A program made the translations under genes and the position numbers. This document shows, piece after piece, positions 43,044 through 57,333 of a stretch of 64,000 nucleotides of DNA. This stretch comes from Schmidtea polychroa (Eukaryota), in the NCBI GenBank assembly GCA_044892525.1, contig CM097885.1, positions 16,556,001 through 16,620,000 on the forward strand. The letters run 5' to 3'. Each line of letters starts with the position of its first letter. The stretch's first letter is position 1. Below the pieces are notes generated by a model, which made no database searches, was not told where the DNA came from, and saw only the letters and a program-made list of their open reading frames with translations.

Positions 43044-44458
43044 AAATTTTATTTCAATAAATATCAAAATCAAATTATATCTTCCTTAATCTTTCTTATT
43101 TAAACAAATTTTCTACGAAGATATTTTTAATTAAAATATCTTCTTATTTTGTTTTTTTAAAAATTAATCTAAACTTTAATTTTTAAAATTTTTAATTTAA
43201 AAATTTCTTCATCATAAAACTTCCTCATAAGATCTATAATCTCGTTTTGTATATTCTTCCCGAGGTAATGAACTTTAGTCTCTCCTCTTTAAGCACTCTA
43301 CGGACGTGCTCTTCCATAATGGGATCGAATTCAGATAGCAACTCAACTATTTTTAAGAAATTGCCGTTATTATGCTCAAATAACTTGTCGCTTGTACCTT
43401 GAACCTAAACTACTTTTACCAAGCATTTTTGTAATTGCTACGATTCTTAGAAATACCTCGTTCCAATGATTTGTTTCGGCATTAATAATTCTTTGAGCGG
43501 TCGCATCTATAGTTTTACAATATTTTAATCTTTGGTTCATTTCTAGCCATAATCTTTGGAAATTTCATGCTCTTTTAAAGTTTCTCAGAGATGCTTCCAA
43601 TTTTAAAACCATCCTTTGGAAGAGAACTAACTAAATAGCCGAAAATATTGCAGCAGAAGCAATAAACGCAGTTTTGTGAAAGACAGTTCACTAGCCAGTC
43701 TCGTAAAGCTTGCTCTCCATTGCTTAAAACTTGTGCATAATAATTGGCGCTAAAATGCCGACCAGCGTCATTGGAAGGAAATTTGCAATTATGCAACAGT
43801 TTAGGTGGCCCTTGTCTTACTAAAAAACTTTTTTCGGCGTCTCCTAAAATTCTTAGCCATAATGCTGGATCTGAACTCAAGGTTTGTAAAACATTTTCTG
43901 CAGGTTTCAAATTGGTGTCAATTTTTTCAATTCTTTCATGTGATCTTCGTCCATTTGTTTGTCATCATCATCCTCTGACGACTGTGTATTTTCATTTATA
44001 AACCGAACTTGACGCTGGATTCTCACAGCTGTCGTTTCTTTTGGTACAATCAGATCCAATCTTGGCTCTGGTACAACTCTGTATATAAATTTGCAAATTT
44101 AAAAATTTTAATTGTTTAATTTTGTATTTGTTTGTTTAACGGTTTGTTGATTTTACGTTGATTTTAGGTGGCAGGTTCATCTTAAGAAATTCGGCGCCCG
44201 TGAACTACTAAAAATAATGCGCCCCTCTTCGTAAGAAAATTAGATAAAGAACGTTTAGATAAATAAATACACTTGGGCGGCGAGTATACATAGGTGGTCA
44301 GCTCACATTTAAGTCCTCTATCGAAGTTTATGGGATAATAAATCATTCCAGCGCATTTGATTATAAAAATCAGTTAAATATTTTAAGAAATTGTATTAAT
44401 TTAAAAATACATGAAAACTAATAAAATGAAAAATGAATTTTTATAAAATTAATAACTA

Positions 44459-45842
44459 TCAGCGGGGGGGGGGCAAGAGAGGGGTGCTTGCCCCCTGGAT
44501 TTCCCAAACCATTCTATTTTTCGATTAATTTAAACACATTTTAATAGACGCGCTCAGACAATGTTGAAAAACCTAAGACAAAAAAAAATTAATAAAAAAA
44601 TTTAATTTAAAGAGGCTTCCTGTTTGTTTTTAATGTAAAACACTGTTTTTTATTAATTTTACTCAAATTTTGATTTATAAATAAATTGATTAATAATGAA
44701 AAAAATTAAAGGAAATTATCAACAAATTGTAAAGCTTAATAATTATCAATAAATCCTTTACTGATTGATTATTTTTAAATTCAAATTATGTATCTTCATT
44801 TTCGACTATAGATCAATATTTTTTTCCCATTTTTTGAAGTGTTTGTTGAACAATATTATTTTACTTGAGAAAATCAATATGAAAGGTTTATGAATTTTGA
44901 TAAAAGAGAATGGAGCTAAATGCAGCACAGACAAAATTCCAAAGAGTTTTTTAAGAACATTATTTCTCAAAGTGAGAAATTGGCAGAACAATTAAACATC
45001 CAGTTGACAATTCCAAGACAATGTAAGATGCAAACACACCATTCAAATAATGGTGGTTCAACTGTGGAAGAATATCTGTCTTTATACCATACTTGGATTT
45101 AATCAGCTCATCGTTGGAGAACAGATTTAATGACAATAACAAAATCAATTTTAGCCTATTTTCACTTCATTCATTGGAAATGTTGAAACTTTCAAAAGAT
45201 GAATTCAAAACTCACAGAGAAAACATCATAATGAAGCATCAAATTGAAAACTTTGATGCTGAGGCAAGCACTTGGTTTGAGATGTGGTCAAATAAAAAGT
45301 CGGATTTTGAAATCAAAAGTCGCGATGGAATGATAGATTTATTATAAATCACAGATCTTTTTCCAACTATTAAGAAAGCAGTTCTTATTGCTTTACCATT
45401 GCCAGCGTCAGCTTGCACTGTTGAAAGATCATTTAGCACACTGAGAAGAGTCAAAACGTGGCTAAGGTCAACAATGTGTGAAAATGGACTTTCTAGACTT
45501 TGCATGATGAGTGTTCATCGTGACAGAATCAATGACAGTAAAAAAAGCATAAAGTAATGGACAAAGGGATCAATAAATTTGGTCAAGATCACAGACGTTT
45601 GCAGTCTCTTTTCGAAAAGTAATATTTATGAATAAGTCTGTAATTTTGTTTTATTGCATAAATATTTATGGAAAATATACAACAAAGAACTTTTTTTACG
45701 TTTTTTGATTCTGTTTATTTCTAAAATCACATTAATGTTTCAACAAAAAATTGTCTTTAATTGAAGTCATCAATATACTATTATTAATCTCTACTTTGTT
45801 TTTTTGCCCCCCCCCCTCGAAAAATTACTGCGGGCGCCCATG
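44459..45842 (+). mobile_element. Internally deleted hAT element with degenerate transposase C-terminus; its 5' end is also present inverted at about 38715-38890
   Basis: FFPTIKKAVLIALPLPASACTVERSFSTLRRVKTWLRSTM; terminus GCGGGCGCCCATG. Confidence 0.85.
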
Positions 45843-46106
45843 GTACTCGCCAACCTACTGGTCACTAACTTGTAAGTACCTTAATAATTAAGTTAGCGTA
45901 CAATTTTTCATATTTTAAAATTTCCATTCTCAGGTTTATTGATATTTAGAGGTTTAGATGTGTTTGGGAATACGAGATGATGACCTTATTTAAAAATTCG
46001 TGATTTTTTCGTTTAGGATTTTGCCGCACAACCTATGTGTATTTTAATAATACCGACAAAATCTGACCGTAACAATTCTTAATGTAAAAACAAACTTTTA
46101 TATATA

Positions 46107-46322
46107 CCGTATTTTAGCGCATATAACGCGCACGGTATCTGATTACAATAAACAATAAAACCGATGGTAGGGTTACTGTCACATCATAAAAATATTTCCA
46201 CTGGCAATGCCGCCACGTGTAAAATATAAATCATAAAGCGCGCACCCACAGATACCGCGCATGGGGGGTGCACGGTTTGTAAAAATGCGTATAACGTGCG
46301 CGTTATATGCGCTAAAATACGG
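46107..46322. mobile_element. pogo/Tigger-like MITE
   Basis: Perfect TIR CCGTATTTTAGCGCATATAACGCGCAC; TA flanks. Confidence 0.88.
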
Positions 46323-48829
46323 TACAACAACATTCAATTAACTCAAATCGTGGGCTATTTTGACATTATGACGGGTATGTATAGAATCAAATGTATTTCA
46401 CATTTGTTTTGTGGTCCTGACTGCACACTACTAATAATTATGTGTGTATGTATTGAACAATTAAAATGCTTCCCTGCTTATAGGAGATGAAATTTGGATA
46501 TGATATATCACAACATATTACTGGTTTATGAGTAACATCTAGTAAGCAATCATATATAATAGAGAAATTGTTGAATTGTCTTATCAAGCTTTGCATGTAC
46601 TTTTAATTTCCATGTCTATAATATTAATATGTTGATTGCAGACGTCCTTTTTTGAGCGGTAATGTCCCAAGTTCAACATACGAATTCTTAGTATTGCCTA
46701 TGAAAATATTCACTTAACAAAATTATTTAATATTACTTGCGATATTGATCATCTATATCAGTGTTTCCCAAGTGGGTCACACTTCCCACTGTAAAGTGAT
46801 TTGATAGTTGAAGGGGGGTATTTAAAAAAATGAGGAGTATAGAATAAAGATTTTCCATCAATTTCAGTTCTCTATTATGTTACGAAAATTTAGCTTTTCT
46901 TAAAATATCTTAATGATTTCTTCCTTAAACCTAAGTCCTGTTTCCTGAAAAAGTTGTCATACAGGATTCAATCAGTGAATAATTTAATTTTTGAATATAA
47001 AAATTTATGTATGTTACATAACAAAGGAGAAAAAGTATTAGATAAGAAATGGATAATATTTTTTACATATCATTACGCTTGCCATCCCCGTACTCTCAAT
47101 TCAACATTCAAATGCGATTTTGGAGAGAATATATAATCTGAGTGCAGGCTGGAGAAAGAAGAGAAACATATTTCTTTATTAATTCTTTAACTCCTTTTTT
47201 TATCGTTCGAAATAGTGAATGTCCCAATCTGAGATTTTGGAAATTTGACATCCCTGACAGGAATGATGTTTTGCTCTATGGACAAAATCATAAATTTTCC
47301 ACAATTAAAAATTTTTAGTCTACTATATATTAATTATTACAAAATTCAAATTACTGATTGTTTTACACAATATTAAAACAATTGAAGCATTAGAACTTTT
47401 ATATTAATATAACTGTTGATAATAAATGCTTTTAATTAATTTTTATTTATAAAGTTTATATAAATAGCCATTTTAATTTAATTATCACAATTTACAATCA
47501 TAAAACAGACAAACCTTAAAATGCATAACAAAACGATAAATTTAAGGTAAAATTAAATTAAGTTGAAAAAAAATGAAAAATAATGGAAAAAGTAAACAGA
47601 TCAAAGGTGACCAAAAAAGTAAAGTATTTTACTGATATGAAATTTATTTTATTGCTGATGTGATTGATAATATTTAACATTCATCCAAAAATGACCCCAA
47701 ATCAAATTAGGGATTTTCAAATATCTGATTACAATAAACAAAGAAAATTTTCATATAATTTAGTTATCATTTTTTGTTTTTAAAAAAATAAATTCGATTT
47801 GTGGCTGAAATTATAAATGTAAAATTAGAATTTTAAGGAATGAGGTCAAAAGTGACTCCAAACTCATTTTAGGTGAAAAGTAAAACTCAGTATGAAAGTT
47901 AACAGATAAAGTTCTGCATCATTTCTCACCTACAGCCAACAAATTAGTGATCATGATAGTTGTAAACGATAGCGAGAATCTTAATCATTGATCAATATCA
48001 TTCTTTCTCCGAGGTTGTGATGGATAACCTGAAAAAAACTTTGACGAACGGAACATATTCAATACTTGTCTAACCTTCAAGTTGTAAGATAGAAACTCCT
48101 GACACTCTATTTATAAGTGTCAATTATTCACTGTCCAGTCAGACAAGTTTTCTGAAAGCAATGGAAAAATGCATTCCAGAAATAGAACATATATAAAAAA
48201 GATTTGGAAATAAAAGACATTTATGTTATTCGAGATCATTTTAGAAAACGAGTTGGAAATCTATTCAGTCGTACCGGTTCATGACTGATCGCTTCGACAA
48301 TTCTTGATTAATCGACATTGTTCAGACCTAGGAGAACTGTGATACCATCTATGCTATTATTTGAGTGAACAGAATAACTAAATAAGCACTATCACTCTTG
48401 GCACGCTTCACTGCCCTCCATTGATCATATCAATCTATTATCATGCCGAAATTGTCATTAAAAAATTCGAGATCTGTTTAATTTTCTATTATTTCATTTT
48501 TCATAAATTTGTTTAAATCAAACTTTTTTGTTAGAAAAAAATAAATTTTCACCTTAGTTTGAACTGACCGTTTTTTGCGTAGGGAAATTATTTGATAGCG
48601 GACTAAAATAAAGGCTACAGAAAATAATGAAATATAATTTTTCCCCAATTTTTATTTATAAAGTAAAAATTAAAAAATCACAAAATAAACTTTTAAATTA
48701 ATTTACAAAAAAATTAAAAATCAAAATATATATAATAATAATGTAATTTTAATAATTTTCATTTTGAAACTTTTCAGAATTTTAATATTGAAAGTTCAAA
48801 AATTGAAAATTTCTATGTACAAGAAGACT

Positions 48830-49546
48830 GAGAGCGGGAAAGTTAATGAGACTTTTTTTACAAAAAATTATCTTAAAATGTGACTAGTTCCGCCGGAATG
48901 ACAATTTTTATGAAACTGCCATTGCCTGCCTATGCACCAGATGACATCAAATTTCGTACTGAACGAAAATATCCTGTTCATCTGATAGTCTGGATATGTA
49001 TTAGTGAACAAATGATGAGTGATCTTATTTTATACCTTGTCTAAACAGCGTAAACGTTGTTTTCTGGCAAGAGAACTGCATTCCTGCCAAATTACTGCCA
49101 TTCATTAACCATTTCCACAGTGCAGACAATATCGTGTTTTGACCTGATTTGCGTAAAAGCAACGCAGATCCTGCTTCATGAACTTCATATTTCATTTGTC
49201 CCAAAGAAATCACACTCTCCAAATCTTCCCCAGTGTCGCCCTGTTGAAAATTATTGGTTACTCCACAAAGCTGAGGTTTACAAGGACTGCTGAGAGGCAG
49301 ATTCCATCCAACAATTACAACGCCTTATCCAGCGATGCATCCAAATAATGCAGAGTGACTCTAAAACTATCCAAAAACGCCTACAGCCAATTTGCACAAG
49401 TGACCTCCGGTCAATTGTTTGACATTTAAAATTGTTGCATATACTTTGTTACAGATGTTAATTCATGGATAAATGTCATACTCATCTTTTCCAGGGGATT
49501 CGTTAATGTCTTTAAATTTGACCGGATTTTGATATGACATCCGTTA
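48830..49546 (+). mobile_element. Degenerate Tc1/mariner-superfamily transposase, 3' half
   Basis: IVWICISE, LLPFINHFH...VF*PDL and SPNLPQCRPVENYW motifs. Confidence 0.75.
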
Positions 49547-50219
49547 TGGCAAATTTTTTTGAAATGTTTGTTTTGAATATGTTTTTTCTGAATTTGTATA
49601 CATTAATTTAAATCACGGCGTTTGACGTTATTAGAATTAAAGTCTCAGAAAATTTGCTTTAACACTTAAAATTGACGAAATAAGTTGTTTTTTTATTGGA
49701 ATAAATCTTTTAAAATATTTAATTGTTATGACTGCAGAATTTAATTTCAGATTACTGACTAAATTCAAAAATTTAAATTAATACTTGAAATAATCAATAC
49801 AGAAAATTTTTGTGAAATAGAAAAAAACGCGGATTTAAAGTCAAAAATTAAATAAAAGATAAATGATATTTTTAATAATTATTAAACACATGCGTTAGAA
49901 TGCCGTGCAATGCACACTGACTGCTATCTGTACCAAATGTCGATATAATATGCATAACATGGTGCATCGTGTAATCTATGCTAAATTGATAATTTTATAG
50001 TACCAAATCAGAATAATCTACCAACTCGATGCGAATTGCTTATGAAGGGTTTTCCATGCGCCCATATTGATATATTACCAGTGAAAGTGATTATTTAATT
50101 TTATTGTTGAATTAAATTGTGTTATGAATGCCATGAAAAATGCCATGACCTTTATTGAAAAGAGAAATTTACACCATACCTATAATTTATTTAAAGATTT
50201 TAATTTAATTTCAGATTAA

Positions 50220-51880
50220 TATCAGACATCACAAAACAGTAGAAAATGTGAAGTTAGAAAATGGACAGTATTCAGAATAAGGGATTATCTGCAAACGTAA
50301 GACGAAAGGTCAGTCTACCCCAGTTTAGAAAACTTGATTTACAAAGTTTTTCAAATGATCAGAAATTTAAGGGAGTACTTTAATGTTCGAAGACCTAATG
50401 AACTCGATGATTCAAAAGTCTGAATTTACCAATTATTTTCGGAGTCTTAACCGATCTTAACCATAAAGCATAATGTATATTAGATATGTACAGGAAACTT
50501 TGTCATTGTGGAATAAGAAAAGTTACAGAATATATAAAAGCTAAGTATGATATGCAAAACTCAGTAAAAGATGAGATTCGAAAATGTGAAATACGTCATA
50601 AAAGAAAGACACTGACAAAAAGAGCTTGGGAAGAAATCAAGGTATCATATGAAGTATAACCATTTGAAAGAATATCAATTAATCTTTATAAATCCTGGTG
50701 AACTGATCTACTTGGCAATAAGTACTGGGTGTCTCAAAAAGGTTTCAAAAAAAATATTTATATATAGTTCATATTTTGTCTAATAACTATTTCACGGTGC
50801 ATCCCAAGTTCTTCAAGTTCTTTTGTTAATTTTTCTCTGGGTCAACTGGGCTATGAACTTTTGAAGACGCTGTTCAATATTTTATATATTTTCAAAACAC
50901 TGTCTTCTATCAAAGAATTCGAAGTCCTGAAGATACATCGGTCTTCCAAATTCGCACCAGGAGAATAAATTTGTTTACGCAATATCGCATTCTTTTTATG
51001 GTTTTAAAATTCTCTAGTGGCCATAGTTTGCACGCGGATTAACTTTACCAAGCATCCAAAAATTTAGTGTTTTCGCACAGCATCAATATTCAGTACCGTC
51101 AGCGCATTTTCAATAAAACCGATGTAGCATGGCGAGTTTACAGTGCTACCATTATGGAAAAGCTTAAACCAACATTCATCAACAAAGTTCGACACCAAAA
51201 TCATATGAGTACTCTAGAGCCGTGACAAAAATGGTTCATCGTTATTCCCGGAATCATCAAAAGTAAGTCATTCTCTTGTCTAGAGTGAAAGAGAAATTGA
51301 ACAGTTATAAATACACTTGTCATCAGATGCGAATATATATTTCTTGGCATTCCGACATTGAGAGGATTCCAAAAGTGTACAACATTGACCAATTCTTGCT
51401 AACTTTTGCTCGTAAGTCAGGGAACCCATTTGGCAGATACAGACTTAAGTTTCAATTCATTTATCCAAATTCTCTTAATATTGCTCTTTGAAAGTCCAAT
51501 TATAGATTTCAAAATTTTCACACTGGGCTGCTTATTCTCTGGAATTATAGCCATGGTCATTGAAATGTTGTCACTTACTTATACTGACGGTTGTCTGCCA
51601 AACCCTTCTTTTCTTGTCACCAAATTCTGTTCAATTATTTGTGAGTAACTACTGCTGATAAGTCGTTCCTTGCCATGACCATAATGAAAAAATTAAGGTT
51701 TCCAACAGACATCGAAATATAAATGGTTATTATGTATGATCATAAATATATATTTGTTTGAACACCCTGTACATTCTAGGAATTTTGATCATAGTAATAG
51801 ATATATTTCCTTAGCAGTCTTAAAATTTCAAGGTGAAAATTTAACTGTGAAATCACTAATAAAATATTGGATATTATAAA
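50220..51880 (+). mobile_element. Highly degenerate Gypsy integrase region interrupted by an old Tc1/mariner-like element (about 50724-51768)
   Basis: RKLCHCGIRKVTEYIK...RKCE...PFERISI and ...GNK|YILGI resume across an insert bounded by TACTGGGTGT / ACACCCTGTA. Confidence 0.6.
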
Positions 51881-52326
51881 ATATTGGCGTAACTTCAAAT
51901 TCTGGGCCCCCTTTTAAGATTTTCAAAATGGGCCCCCATACAGCTAATGACAATCTGATAGACAATAATTTTATGTTTTTAATTATCGAATCACTTTTGA
52001 CAAATTCATTTTAATGATTATAATTTATGATATTTTATTTTATTATTAATTTGTAATCTCATGCCACAACTAAAAATTGTTTTCGATTTGCATTAAAATT
52101 GATTAAATGTTATAAATGAAAATGTTACTGAATATTGTTTTATTCAATGTTATAAAATCATAAATCAACAACAATTTTGTATTTAGTACAGAACTGTCAG
52201 TACAGATGAGTATTCTAAGACAAGTCCTTGTGACGATTCTTTATCTCTGCAAATCGGTCAATGAGCTGATCAACATCCAAACTTTTGCTAGGAAGGCTTC
52301 GCAAATGACCTTATATTATAATTATT

Positions 52327-52563
52327 ATTGAATTTATTAAAAAGAGAGCTTGAAGACTATAAATCAGTAATATATCGATGTTTTTGATACTCACAAATTT
52401 TCGGCACTGCCTTTTCAAGAGAAAATTCACTTGACAAAGGCAGCGCCGAAAATTTGTGAGTATCAAAAACATCGATATATCAAAAATATCTTCAAGCTCT
52501 CTTTTTAATAAATTCAATGGAAAAAATAATCAGTGGTGAAATTGGAAAAAAAAGTTCTTATAA
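52327..52563. repeat. Family A fold-back element with two divergent hammerhead motifs (minus 52390-52421, plus 52426-52460)
   Basis: Inverted arms of about 95 bp meet at the ribozyme motifs; ATT/AAT repeats on both flanks. Confidence 0.8.
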
Positions 52564-53641
52564 TATTATAATTATTATTATTATAATTATTATAATTGTT
52601 ATTATTATTATTATTATTATAATTATTATTATAATAATAATTTTTATTATTGTACAAAAATTTGCAAAACATCATTCGCATATATTAGTCATTATGGAAT
52701 TGTCTATTAGTAAGTCTGTAAATATTTCCCGGTTTCTATTAAATGAATTGATCAATTTATTATTTTAATACCAATTGAAACGTAGCGAGTAATTAATTAA
52801 GTGAGAAAGTTAGCGTAAATGAATTCTAAACAACTCTAATTGGATTGGAATATCATTTTACTCATCCGACAATTCATCCCTGAAACATTACCATAAACCC
52901 TTGAAGCAGTTCTGAAGAAAAAAACGATAACAAATTAAACATTGAACTGTTGTAGAATTTGCTAGCGGTTATTAAATTACAAACGCAATTATCGCCCCCC
53001 GTGCCATTGGAATAATTGACTGCATCGTCCAACAACAAAACAAGCGGTTTTTTGTAATTCTCAAGTCGACTTGAACATCTGTTGGAATGTTAAAGAGCTT
53101 GAAGCTGTAGAATTTATCCACGAATTGTTGAGAATCGGGCTTTTGTTTCCCCATATTTGTTTGTCATGGAAATCAATTAAATTCATTCGGCTCCCATTGC
53201 AGAAATTAGCACCAAATTGGAAACCGGGGATTTTAATTACAAAATAATGCGCATTTCTCTTGTACTCATTTTATTTAAATTAAAACTCAAACTAAAATTC
53301 TACATATTTAAAACACAACCATAGAATGACACAAATCCCTTCGTTAATGGAACTGAAATGAAAATTCAGAAAGATTTAATTGACGGAGCCATATAGAGAA
53401 GGAAATAAGGTATTATGGAATTTGGAGCCCCTATCCTTAAAAATGTCTTCAGATTTTTCAGATTTTCTGCTGGTGCCCTTGTGGTAAGCACAGTTAGTGC
53501 AATGGATAAAATGGCTCTCACAGTAGGGTTGATAAATTCGTGGTCCATTTATAAGGCAGAAAATTTAATATTATATTTAATATTATTTAATATTTAATAT
53601 TATTTTATTCAAAACTTTTATATAAAAAAATCAATAACTAA

Positions 53642-53890
53642 TAATTAATTATAAAACAATTAAATGATAATTTAGGCCTTTTGCTGCGAATTATATATTT
53701 AATACAAATGAAAACAATTTCGACTACAAGATAGCCCTTTTCAATTTCATTTTCAATTGAAAAGGGCTATCTTATAGTTAAAAGAATTTTCATTTGTATT
53801 AAATATATTATTCGCAGCAAAGGTCTAAATTATCATTTAATTGTTTTAAAATTTAATTAATGCTGCTACCAAGTAATCATCACTTTATAG
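53642..53890. repeat. Family B fold-back element with degenerate hammerhead-like motifs at its centre; related pieces at about 29944-30040 and 56121-56170
   Basis: Inverted arms of about 100 bp; TTGAAAA-G-GGCTAT(CTT)GTAGTC-GAAA on the minus strand at 53708-53750. Confidence 0.65.
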
Positions 53891-56174
53891 TATAAAGTTT
53901 ATACTAATAATCAATTAGTATTCATTTTAGACAATTAAAAACGATACGTCCATACATTGTTACATAGAAAAGTATGTATTTCAATAAAAAATCTTTAAAT
54001 GATTACGTATTTTGTAAAATTGTATTACTGTAATAATTACTGTTATTGTTAATATTTAAATGACATTATAAAAGATTTCTTGATTAATTATATTTTACAT
54101 TGAAATTTCTACGCACTTTTTCTTTTATTTGAAAAATAAAAAAATACTCCAATTTCACATTTATTTTCTTAAATATAAATTAAATATAAATATATTTTCT
54201 TAAAAAAAAACATTTAATTTTTAAAAGCAAAAAATTTATAATTTTCTCGAATTTATTTTTTATTGATATATTTGCAAGGAGGAAATAATAAAAGCCGACA
54301 AAACAAATTATTTTTAAAAAATTTTTTAAATATAATAACCGGAAAAAAATGCTGAAAAAACATTTATCAACATTTATCAATTCAAAAAAAATATCAGTAA
54401 TTTTTTTTAACAAAAAATTTATTATTTTCTCAAATTTATTTTTTATTATGATATATTTGCGAGAAAAAAATAATAAAAAAAATTATTTAAAAAAAATCCC
54501 AAAATTATGCAAAATACATTGCTGAAGTTGAGACAGAAAGATAATATATAGCTCATTGTTATGGGGAATATATATTCATTAATAGAGTCTATAAGCGCAT
54601 GCTGCTAAAGGCAGATTAAATTATGCCCGAATAATGCAGCAATCAACATTCAATTATTGCAAGACAAAGATTACTTGAAGGTCATTTTATGAATTGGGAA
54701 AATCGGCAAAAATCATATTAGATGATCCTATGGAATTGCAAACAACAAAAATGCAATCAGCCGCTTGATTGTTGACATTGAAACATCCCAACAATAGTAT
54801 TAGTTATTTGTCTATTGAATATTCCATAGTTATTTCTATGAATTCTGTAAATTCTATGATTCCTTTGTGTTCCGCCTTTCAATTGCTGCTTTCGATTTTG
54901 TTTCCCTTTTATATTCGAGTTTTCTATTTGAAGTTTTAATTTAAATTAAATTTTATTTTTAATTATTTAAATCATTTGAAACTTTTAGTAATTTAGACTT
55001 GAAAATTGTTGGGAGAAAGCGGAACAGGATAATGATGATTTCCTGCTTCCATGTCTACATAAAAAATAGACGCCTTAAGCATCGGATGAATGCCTACGGT
55101 AATTAAATGTTACATTTTGATTAGTAGTTACTACGTTATGTTTAAGAACATCCAGAACAGTATACAAGAAAAAGGTCATTAGAAATTTTATGACATTGAT
55201 TATAGTTCTTTGAATGCTCCAGGATCTTTGAAAGGTATGTTTCCCCTTAATCTATTAACCTCTTTACCGGTTATCCTAACTATAGTTAGCTTGACCCAAA
55301 AAAATCATAAAAAACTAAAATGACCTCAAACTCGCTAATAAATAATAAAGTTATTTTATATTAGAAATAAGATACATATAGAGGTCATAGAGGTCATAAA
55401 TCTATAGTTTCTTTTAATATATTAATATTTATTTTTACTCATTCGGCGATGTAAAAGGAAATTTTTGATACCGAGGAATTTAGGAGCTTAATCCAGTTTT
55501 TACCTTTAAAGAACTGTGGAGTCAAGCTGGGATTTGGATAAATTAAAGTTATAATAGTAATGATTTAGTGGAACTTGGACGGCAACACAACACGAATGAC
55601 ATAATATTAAATCGAGTTAGACTCAAAAACAGCAAATAAAAACACCAAGTAAACGGGTAAATATGGAGGAAACAGACACAAAAATATCATTAACATAAAA
55701 ATAATATTAAAATAATAACTCGTGCAAGACGTTCAACAAGAAAATAATACAAATTTAACAAAAAAAAGAAATAACAAGATCAAAATTAATACAAAAAGAA
55801 GGCGATTATAGGGAATAAAAGATAAAAAGAAAACATAAAGTAGAATAGGAAATAGGTAAAAGTACATTTGTAATTAGCTAAATTATCAAAAAAGGTACGA
55901 GAATGGATGGAAAGTCGTCAAATCCAATATGGAGTCTCGAATGAGGTAATTAAATTAAAAATTGATAAGGATTATTTTTATAATCGTAAATTGTATTTTG
56001 ATATATAAATTATTTATTTCGTTCAATTTAAAGACAGAAAATGAAAATAAAAAGGAATATCAAAAAGCATTTGGAAATTGAAACAGATAATTATTGTTAT
56101 AATCGAAACTTATTTCATTTTATTAAATATATACTTCGCAACAAAAGGCTTATATTATAATTTAGTTGTTTGAT

Positions 56175-56402
<228 letters not shown>

Positions 56403-56994
56403 ATCCATTGCAGCAGCAACAACAACAACAGCAACAAAAAACAACATAGTTTACAACTATCAATCGTGGATTCTTATTCATTAGCGATAATAATCCGAAA
56501 AGTGTATAAAATTTGTCCTGGTAATTATTTTATGTGAATTCGATACAGGCTGAATTGAAAAAGAGACTGGAGGATGATAATTGCAAACCCAAGAATGCAT
56601 GGGTTACCGTAAATGTGCAGACAATTAATGGCACAACACCTGTTTGATAAACCTTTGATCCGCTATTAATCAAATGTATCGTTTCGAGTATATAAACAAT
56701 ACGATTGCCTCCTTTTATTTCACCGAATTTCCTCTATCATTTCGCATTGTCGAATGCCTCCAGAACTCGGCACTGGAAACTTGTAATACTTATTATTTTC
56801 TAATTAACTGTTTACGAGCATTTCAATTCAATAAATATATCAAACGTTGCTAATGAAACATTTTCTTGTTTTAATTAATATTGTAATTAATTTCGTTTCG
56901 AAAAAGTTTGGGAAATAAATTTTTATTTTATTTGACATTGCGAAATAAAGTTGGATAAAAATAGGAGGAAAATATTTTAAATATATAATAATAG

Positions 56995-57333
<339 letters not shown>

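Larger units (their letters stand above)
40116..43229 (-). mobile_element. Ty3/Gypsy LTR retrotransposon, internally deleted (3114 bp)
   Basis: 235-bp LTRs 42995-43229 and 40116-40350 with one visible mismatch; 5-bp TSD AGATC; PBS TGGTGGCAGCGGT (tRNA-Leu-like) 42982-42994; PPT AGAAGGGGGA 40351-40360. Confidence 0.97.
38900..44080 (-). pseudogene. Degenerate ZMYM1-like hAT transposase split by the Gypsy insertion
   Basis: Ordered fragments: TTF-type Zn finger RDWL...VYCFCCNIF (43575-43910); NIQNEIIDL|LHQ...FSLILDCTTDISNLEQM across the insertion; GQGYDNGSNM; LSDTRWKSRIEAL; RRVRRIKRNFSYE. Several frameshifts. Confidence 0.88.
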
